The position numbers were made by a program, and so were the translations under genes. Positions 57,487-64,000 of a stretch of 64,000 nt of DNA are shown here, piece after piece (position 1 is the stretch's first letter; every line of letters starts with the position of its first letter). The notes beneath the pieces are model-generated. The model was not told the origin of the DNA, made no database searches, and worked only from the letters and a program-made list of their open reading frames with translations. This DNA comes from a virus: positions 32,001-96,000 of IMG/VR virus record IMGVR_UViG_3300020420_000009. One strand, 5' to 3'.

Positions 57487-58463
57487 ACCACGGGTTTAAA
57501 GAAACCTTTGATAAATGGAATGGTAAGTTTCTGAAAGAAGATTCTTATGACGAAGTTATATCTTCAATTGGAGTAAAAGAAGATATCATAAAGATATCTA
57601 AACCAGTTGCAGCTATAGACGGTGATTCACCACCACTTGCATATATTGTTAAGAATGCATATACTGGAAAAGATTATCAAGATATAAAGGACACATTGTT
57701 TTCTATAGACGATGTATCTACTATGAGAGCAAATGCATCAGGCCCAATCGACCACGAAGAAATGAAAAAGAAAGGTTTGATTGAAGGAGTCCATTATAAA
57801 TTAAGAACACCTAACTCTTACTACCCTCTTAAAAAGAATGGTAAGTTCAATCGTATTGCAGAGGCAAATGCAATTCATTCAGTATTGATTGGATATAAAA
57901 GAGGAAGATTTACAGGAATGATTAATCCTAGTGGTTGGATGAAAAAGAAATCTAATCAAGAGAAATGGGAAGTATTACAAAGAATTGCACCCCTCAATGA
58001 GGCTGCATTAAAGAAAGCCTCCCCCAGTGTGTGGCGTCAGCAGAGAGCATTTGCTGACAACTATATTGAAAGTAAGTATCACATAGGGGGAGCACCTATT
58101 ACAGCTTTATCTGCAAACAGATATTCAAGTGAAGGGACTGCAAAAATGTCTGCACACTTAGACGGTAAAGATTTAGAATTTGGATTGACAACAATGTGTG
58201 TTTTTAGAATCGGTGATTTTAAAGGTGCATATCTTTGTTTTCCAAGATACGGAATTGCAATTGAAGCTGACGATGGTGATGTATTGATTGCAGATTCTAA
58301 TGAATTACATGGAGTCACACCTATCGAAGGAAACGGTGTAAGACTATCATGTGTTGCATATTGTGATGAACATGTTGCAACAAAGGGTATCGGTGGAAAA
58401 TCCGAGAATCCTATCGGGCCCCATAATAAAGATAAACAAGGGTCACTCGATGAATTCTTTTAA
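57465..58463 (+). CDS. TET/JBP-family 2OG-Fe(II) dioxygenase (5-methylpyrimidine oxidase)
   Basis: SAHLDGKD (HxD), GAYLCFPRYGIA...GDVLIAD..ELHG.TPI...RLSCVAY; overlaps the C5-MTase gene. Confidence 0.8.
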   Translation: MEFVAKVDHGFKETFDKWNGKFLKEDSYDEVISSIGVKEDIIKISKPVAAIDGDSPPLAYIVKNAYTGKDYQDIKDTLFSIDDVSTMRANASGPIDHEEMKKKGLIEGVHYKLRTPNSYYPLKKNGKFNRIAEANAIHSVLIGYKRGRFTGMINPSGWMKKKSNQEKWEVLQRIAPLNEAALKKASPSVWRQQRAFADNYIESKYHIGGAPITALSANRYSSEGTAKMSAHLDGKDLEFGLTTMCVFRIGDFKGAYLCFPRYGIAIEADDGDVLIADSNELHGVTPIEGNGVRLSCVAYCDEHVATKGIGGKSENPIGPHNKDKQGSLDEFF

Positions 58464-58517
58464 CCGTTGTATACTGGGTATGAAGGTATATAACACTTTT
58501 GCAAAAGGAGTATAACC

Positions 58518-59513
58518 ATGCAATTGAATTATGATATAGAGAGAAGCAGAAAAGCTTATCCTCCCATTACTGGTAATGGAATCAAAAAAAATCTCGGGAG
58601 ACAGGACGGCCCGTTGTCTAGGTTGGTGACAACAGACGAAAATGGTGTTCTAAAACAACCAAGGCAAATTGCTTTGGAAGACAACCAATATGGAATAGTA
58701 AAAGACTTTCAACAATTTGGAGTTGATTACAGTAAAGAACCTATGGTTGTTGAACTGAGAGGTGACGGACAACTCGAACTCATTTCGGGTTTCGGTAGAC
58801 TTTCTGCATTATTATCAATGGGTATCAATAGATACTTTTACGAAGTCTTACAATTTGAGTCTCCAAAAGACAAAATCAAATGGAAAAGACTATTCAATAC
58901 TGGAGACGACCATAGAAAAAAGGGAACTCCAAATACACTAGACACATACAAAAAAGGTTTAGTGGAAATGAAACATGCAAGTTGTATCAATTGGAGAGAT
59001 GACGATGTTTGTAGAGCAGAAATCAGAGATATGTCTGATGGAACTCTTTCAGATACAGAAGTTGAAACTGTATTGAATAGATTTAGACAGAGTAATACTA
59101 AAGAAGAAAATGTTGTAGGATATACAACAAATGAAGCTAACAAAACAGCAAAACTATTAGGACAACCAACTAAAGGTTATGTCAAAAATACTTCTAATCC
59201 TGCTTGGGATAGAAGTGGTTATTGCAGATATGAAGGTAATTTTAGTAGTAAAATCTACGATATAGTAGAACTATATGATAACTATGGTGCAAAAATTGAA
59301 ATCGTAGGTTTCATAATGAATCCAGTTCACGACAGAATTGAGAAACAAAGAAAAGATTATCTCAAAGGTTTCAACAGAGCAAAAGCTTGGATGAAAAAAC
59401 ATCTAAAGCCTGAGTATCATGACATAGTTGTGTTCAAAGGATTTCTTCCACAAATTACAACTGCCGACCCAAAACAAAATGGTTTACCTAGGGAGAGAGA
59501 TTTAGTATTATGA
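58518..59513 (+). CDS. Hypothetical protein with ParB-like N-terminal motif
   Basis: PMVV....GQLELISGFGRLSAL. Confidence 0.55.
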   Translation: MQLNYDIERSRKAYPPITGNGIKKNLGRQDGPLSRLVTTDENGVLKQPRQIALEDNQYGIVKDFQQFGVDYSKEPMVVELRGDGQLELISGFGRLSALLSMGINRYFYEVLQFESPKDKIKWKRLFNTGDDHRKKGTPNTLDTYKKGLVEMKHASCINWRDDDVCRAEIRDMSDGTLSDTEVETVLNRFRQSNTKEENVVGYTTNEANKTAKLLGQPTKGYVKNTSNPAWDRSGYCRYEGNFSSKIYDIVELYDNYGAKIEIVGFIMNPVHDRIEKQRKDYLKGFNRAKAWMKKHLKPEYHDIVVFKGFLPQITTADPKQNGLPRERDLVL

Positions 59514-60046
59514 TATTTCTAATTGGAGGAATACCATGTTCGGGTAAGTCAACACTTACCCGAAATCTCATTAGTCGACTCCCCGACCCAGTTGATATTG
59601 AACCTAAAAAACTATTCAAGTGTCAAGAACATGGAGATATATTAGTTGTAGGTAGATATCCCGAGGGAGAAACTTTTGGTGGAACAGATAAATTATCTCA
59701 TGGTTCTATTCCACATTTTAGAGAATTCATTGACGAGGTCACACCTAGATATAAACATACTATTATAGAAGGGGATAGATATTTTCGTAATGAAGATATA
59801 GAATGGTTGTTAGATAATCATGAAGCAAAAGTTATCATACTAACAGTTCATATAGAGATAGAACATGATAGACATAATTTGAGAGGAGATACTCAATCGG
59901 AAGTATGGTTGCAAGGTAGAAGAACTCAAATAGATAATATTAGAAAGAACTTTAATCTCATGGATAGATTAATCATACATGATAATTATGATATACAACA
60001 ATCTATGAAAATGGAAGATTACATATATGGAAAAATTATTCAGTAA
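59510..60046 (+). CDS. P-loop kinase of the type found in DNA-modification clusters
   Basis: GGIPCSGKST; GRY...TFGGTDKLS; IIEGDR; RG..QS..WL.GR.T. Confidence 0.75.
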   Translation: MIFLIGGIPCSGKSTLTRNLISRLPDPVDIEPKKLFKCQEHGDILVVGRYPEGETFGGTDKLSHGSIPHFREFIDEVTPRYKHTIIEGDRYFRNEDIEWLLDNHEAKVIILTVHIEIEHDRHNLRGDTQSEVWLQGRRTQIDNIRKNFNLMDRLIIHDNYDIQQSMKMEDYIYGKIIQ

Positions 60047-60344
60047 AACATACATAGTTGTAGAAAACCCACATGAGAAGGACGCTGCAATAGAAATTAT
60101 TGACGGTGAATGGAAAGGATTAGTATACCAATATGGTAAAGTAGAGTTCGTTGAGAATAAGAATCATTTAAACTTTCAAAGAACAATACGAAGGATACCC
60201 GAAGGTGGTGACCTTGATGAACTCCTAAATAATAACGAACTCAACAATCTTATGGGAGACATACTTGTTGAACTTATGCAAGAACAAATCGAGAGGGATA
60301 AGCATGAACATAGAAAAATTGAAGGAACAAATAAAGCGACATGA
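60027..60344 (+). CDS. Conserved phage hypothetical protein
   Basis: AIEIIDGEWKGLVYQYGKV...MGDILVELM. Confidence 0.7.
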   Translation: MEKLFSKTYIVVENPHEKDAAIEIIDGEWKGLVYQYGKVEFVENKNHLNFQRTIRRIPEGGDLDELLNNNELNNLMGDILVELMQEQIERDKHEHRKIEGTNKAT

Positions 60345-60750
60345 AGGTGAAGTATTGGAAGTATACGCAGATTCATTGGGTTATCTTACACTGGGTGTTG
60401 GACACCTCATACAACCTAATGACCCCGAACATGGGCAACCAGCTGGAACTCCAGTAAGTCAAGAAGTAGTTGACGAATATTACGCAATAGATTTTGACAA
60501 ACATTTAGAAGAAACAAAACATGTCATAGGATATGATGTTTTTGACGGACTTCCTGGCGAGATACAAGAAGTTTTAGTTAACATGTGTTTCAACTTAGGT
60601 GGAACAAGATTAGGTAAATTTAGAAACATGTTGAATGCAGTAGAAGACCACGATTGGGAAAAAATGGCAGTTGAGATGGAAGATAGCCGTTGGTTTAGAC
60701 AAGTTGGAAGAAGGTCTGTAGAGTTGCAAGAAATTGTGAGAAATGTATGA
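60304..60750 (+). CDS. Lysozyme (GH24 / T4-lysozyme-like)
   Basis: HEG....YADSLGYLTLGVGH (E-x8-D-x5-T)...NMCFNLG...F.NML...DSRWFRQVGRR. Confidence 0.9.
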   Translation: MNIEKLKEQIKRHEGEVLEVYADSLGYLTLGVGHLIQPNDPEHGQPAGTPVSQEVVDEYYAIDFDKHLEETKHVIGYDVFDGLPGEIQEVLVNMCFNLGGTRLGKFRNMLNAVEDHDWEKMAVEMEDSRWFRQVGRRSVELQEIVRNV

Positions 60751-61090
60751 ACCAATAAAAGGATACAAAGTTAAATGTATCCGTCTCAATACAGGTGAGG
60801 TTATTATGGGTTTTGTGAAGAAAACTCCAAATGGATTTGAAATCATAGAACCACAAATTATACTTACCGTTGCAGAGAACAATCAAATGGAAGTAAATTT
60901 TGCACCATGGATACCATATGCAAGAGATTACCATTTTAGAATATTAGACCAGCAAATACAAACAGTATTTGACCCTAAACCCGAACTCACACAAAACTTT
61001 AAGTTTGTGACGGGGAATCAACCGAGAGGAGATTTGAAAGAGTTTATTGAGGAAAAAAATGAAAGAAAAAGTAATAAAAATAATAGCTGA
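60743..61090 (+). CDS. Conserved hypothetical protein (Sm-like)
   Basis: VKCIRLNTGEVIMG...FAPWIPYA. Confidence 0.7.
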   Translation: MYEPIKGYKVKCIRLNTGEVIMGFVKKTPNGFEIIEPQIILTVAENNQMEVNFAPWIPYARDYHFRILDQQIQTVFDPKPELTQNFKFVTGNQPRGDLKEFIEEKNERKSNKNNS

Positions 61091-61283
61091 CCATCTTAAA
61101 ATAGATGAGTCAACTGTATCACTTGACTCCCAAATAATTGAGGATTTAGGTGCAGATTCTTTACATATAGTAGAATTGGTAATGGAGATAGAAAATAATT
61201 TTGACATTACTATACCTGATGATGATGCAGAAGGTTTAACAACTGTAGGTAAAGTTGTAGAATATGTGGAGGACTATGCATAA
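61059..61283 (+). CDS. acpP: Acyl carrier protein
   Basis: DLGADSL.IVELVMEIE..FDITIPDDDAE.LTTVG. Confidence 0.92.
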   Translation: MKEKVIKIIADHLKIDESTVSLDSQIIEDLGADSLHIVELVMEIENNFDITIPDDDAEGLTTVGKVVEYVEDYA

Positions 61284-61516
61284 TGGATTTTTTAAATAGA
61301 GTCATGACTGCTCAGGTAGGACAAGCTGATGCAATGATTGAAAAACATAAAATCAACATAGAAGTATTAACTAAAAATGCAAGTGGTGTTGCAGACCACC
61401 CCGACTTAATGAAAACAGTTGAAGATGAACTGAATCAAATTGGTCACTGGGAAGAAATTAAATCAGTTGCACTAAAACATTTCGATTTCGAAAAGAAAAG
61501 AACCTTGACAGAATAG
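61283..61516 (+). CDS. Conserved phage hypothetical protein
   Basis: KHKINIEV...GVADHPD....E.EL. Confidence 0.7.
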   Translation: MDFLNRVMTAQVGQADAMIEKHKINIEVLTKNASGVADHPDLMKTVEDELNQIGHWEEIKSVALKHFDFEKKRTLTE

Positions 61517-61533
61517 TATCCCTCTAGTATAAT
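61505..61533 (+). promoter_or_regulatory. Consensus sigma70 promoter of gp43
   Basis: TTGACA-17-TATAAT, 6 nt before ATG 61540. Confidence 0.85.
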
Positions 61534-61539
61534 TATATT

Positions 61540-64000
61540 ATGGATTTCTATACAAGTGTTTGTCGCACGAGAGACAAGATTCTCGTAAAAGGTTATAAAG
61601 GAAACAAACAAGAAAAGATTGCAGTTTCCTATAGACCCAATCACTATATCCCCTCAAAGAAAGGAGAAACAGCATTCCGTTCATTGGACGGAAGACACCT
61701 TGAAGCAGTAAATCTAAACTCCATGGGTGGTGCAAGAAAATTCAGAGAGAGATATGCTGGAGTTGACGGATTTGAAATCCATGGATATGACAGATATATC
61801 TACACATATATTGCAGACAGATTCAAGGGTGATATAGAATACAATCAGAAACTAATCAAAACTGCTTCTCTTGATATCGAGTGTGAGTGTGAGGACGGAT
61901 TCCCCGAACCTATACTTGCAAATGAAAAGGTCAATGCAATATCAATCAAACCCTTTGGTAAAGAAACTGTAGTCTTCGGTATCGGCCCATGGGAACATGA
62001 CAGAACAGATGTAATCTATCACAACTGTAAAAACGAACCACAACTTCTTATAGAATTTATCAAATACTGGAGAAAAGAATCCTTTGATATTATCACAGGC
62101 TGGAATGTAAACTCATTTGATATTACATATCTCTGTAATCGTATCGACAAGATACTTGGAGAAGACGAACACAAAAAACTATCACCATGGAATCAATCAG
62201 ATGTTAGAGAATTTGTTGCTCAAGGTTATCAGAAACAAATGGTTTATAACCTTTATGGTATTAATGTTCTTGATTACCTCGAACTCTACCGCAAACATAC
62301 TTTCGTAAATCAAGAATCATACAGACTAGACCATATTGCAAATGTCGAACTCGGTAAAGGTAAACTCGACTATTCAGAGTATGGAAATCTACATACCCTT
62401 TACCGACAAGACTATGCAAAGTTCCTTGAATACAATGTTCAAGACGCTGTATTGGTAGAGGAACTAGAAGACAAACTTGGACTGATTGAGTTGGTTCAAG
62501 CAATGTCATACAATGCAAAATGTAATTACAATGATACATTTGGTATGGTAAAGTATTGGGAAACTATTATATACAACTTCCTCAAAGACCAAAATATTCA
62601 AACTCCACCTCAAAGACTCAAGACAGGTAATGATAAGAACAAACCTATCATAGGTGCATATGTCAAAGAACCATTGGTGGGTGGACACAACTGGGTTGTA
62701 TCATTTGACTTGAACTCACTGTATCCACATATCATTATGCAATACAATATCTCTCCCGAGAAAATGGTGAAGGGGTATAAAGAAGATGTATCTATTGATA
62801 AACTTCTAAACAAACAATGTGACCTATCATATCTAAGACAACAGAACAATACCGTATGTCCTAACGGAACAAAGTTTACTAGAAACAAACAAGGTTTTCT
62901 TCCCGAACTTATGGAAAAATTCTATGACGAAAGAAAAACTTGGAAGAAAAAAATGATTGAGTATCAAGTTGAACGAGAAGCGTGCAAAGATGCAAAACGC
63001 CGAAGACAACTTGATACTCTAATCAAGCGTGCATACAACAATCAAATGGTTCGTAAGATTGCATTGAACTCTGCATATGGTGCTCTTGCAAATCAATACT
63101 TTGCATTCTTTTCTATAGACCTTGCAGAGGCAATCACTACCAGTGGTCAGTTAATTATTCAATGGTCAGAAAGAACTATCAATGAGTTTATGAACAAGAC
63201 TCTTGGAACAGAGAATGAAGATTTTGTAATTGCAATGGATACTGATTCAGTGTATATCACTATGGATAAACTGGTTCAGAAAGTTCTTCCCGAAGAAACA
63301 GACAAGAGTAAAATTATAAACTTTCTCAACAAGTCCGAAGGTATGATTGAAAAAGTTCTTTCAGACGGATTTGACGACCTTGCAGAATATACAAATGCAT
63401 ATCAAAACAAAATGGAAATGGGACGAGAGATTATTGCAGACCGTGGTATTTGGACTGCAAAGAAAAGATACATTCTAAATGTCCACGACAACGAAGGTGT
63501 AAGACTTGCAGAACCGAAACTCAAGATGATGGGTATTGAAACTGCAAAGTCTTCTACACCACAATGGGTCAGAACAAAACTCACAGACGCTTTCAAGGTT
63601 GTTATGAGTGGAACTGAACAAGACTTATGGGAGTTTGTGGAAAATGCACGAAAAGAGTTTCGTAATCTTCCTCCCGAAGAAGCTGCATTCCCTAGAGGTT
63701 GTAAGAATCTTGCACAGTATTCAGACCCAACCCACATATATGGTAAAGGAACTCCTATCCATACTAGAGGTGCATTACTATACAATCACCACCTTGGTAA
63801 AAAGAATGTGGATATGAGATACGAGAAGATTAAGAATGGTGAGAAGATACATTTTACATATCTTACAACACCAAATCCTATCAATGAAAATGTTATTTCA
63901 TTTATGAATGTTTTACCTAGAGAGTTTGATTTACATAGGTTTGTAGATTATGACATGCAGTTTGACAAAGCATTTGTTGAACCATTGAAAGTGGTTGTTA
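61540..64000 (+). CDS. gp43: Family B DNA polymerase gp43 (runs off the window end; absent from the ORF track)
   Basis: Frame 1 read manually: LDIEC (ExoI), TGWNVNSFD, SFDLNSLYP (62701), KIALNSAYG, DTDS (about 63240), KKRY. Confidence 0.97.
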   Translation, partial: MDFYTSVCRTRDKILVKGYKGNKQEKIAVSYRPNHYIPSKKGETAFRSLDGRHLEAVNLNSMGGARKFRERYAGVDGFEIHGYDRYIYTYIADRFKGDIEYNQKLIKTASLDIECECEDGFPEPILANEKVNAISIKPFGKETVVFGIGPWEHDRTDVIYHNCKNEPQLLIEFIKYWRKESFDIITGWNVNSFDITYLCNRIDKILGEDEHKKLSPWNQSDVREFVAQGYQKQMVYNLYGINVLDYLELYRKHTFVNQESYRLDHIANVELGKGKLDYSEYGNLHTLYRQDYAKFLEYNVQDAVLVEELEDKLGLIELVQAMSYNAKCNYNDTFGMVKYWETIIYNFLKDQNIQTPPQRLKTGNDKNKPIIGAYVKEPLVGGHNWVVSFDLNSLYPHIIMQYNISPEKMVKGYKEDVSIDKLLNKQCDLSYLRQQNNTVCPNGTKFTRNKQGFLPELMEKFYDERKTWKKKMIEYQVEREACKDAKRRRQLDTLIKRAYNNQMVRKIALNSAYGALANQYFAFFSIDLAEAITTSGQLIIQWSERTINEFMNKTLGTENEDFVIAMDTDSVYITMDKLVQKVLPEETDKSKIINFLNKSEGMIEKVLSDGFDDLAEYTNAYQNKMEMGREIIADRGIWTAKKRYILNVHDNEGVRLAEPKLKMMGIETAKSSTPQWVRTKLTDAFKVVMSGTEQDLWEFVENARKEFRNLPPEEAAFPRGCKNLAQYSDPTHIYGKGTPIHTRGALLYNHHLGKKNVDMRYEKIKNGEKIHFTYLTTPNPINENVISFMNVLPREFDLHRFVDYDMQFDKAFVEPLKVVV

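Noticed and set aside
61538-63817. Short ORFs listed by the track in the last 2.5 kb
   Set aside because: They lie within the continuous gp43 frame, which the track missed because it has no stop inside the window.
1-64000. tRNA, tmRNA, introns, homing endonucleases, integrase or IS elements
   Set aside because: None recognised; intergenic gaps are short and core genes look uninterrupted. A tRNAscan or Infernal run would be needed to exclude them formally.

Overview
A 64-kb, AT-rich segment of a T4-like myovirus, probably marine and probably infecting a proteobacterium. Almost all genes are on the + strand. Order: tail-fibre and structural genes with Pro/Tyr-rich repeat proteins plus a glycosyltransferase and 2OG-Fe(II) oxygenase cluster (1-13.7 kb); the conserved gp13-gp23 virion block (13.8-27.4 kb); a glutamine riboswitch with a YRG peptide; gp3, uvsY, uvsW, gp55, gp47, gp46; three putative capsid-packaged proteins; peptide deformylase; a CobT/CobS-like pair; gp45, gp44, gp62, regA; a curli (CsgF/CsgG/curlin)-FecR-CHASE2 adenylate cyclase cluster; Hsp20, peroxiredoxin, a C5 methyltransferase-TET/JBP dioxygenase-ParB-like-kinase cluster, lysozyme, ACP, and the 5' part of DNA polymerase gp43. 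Most striking observations: (1) two adjacent repeat proteins (6668-8867) whose 29 repeat units mirror each other exactly in length with largely consistent unit-type pairing, with a Hint domain at the turn; (2) restriction-site avoidance that appears waived wherever the site overlaps GpC, predicting the specificity of the MTase/TET pair; (3) the curli/FecR/cyclase trans-envelope module; (4) many genes whose promoter spacing implies leaderless mRNAs. All calls come from motif recognition by eye; no database searches were run.
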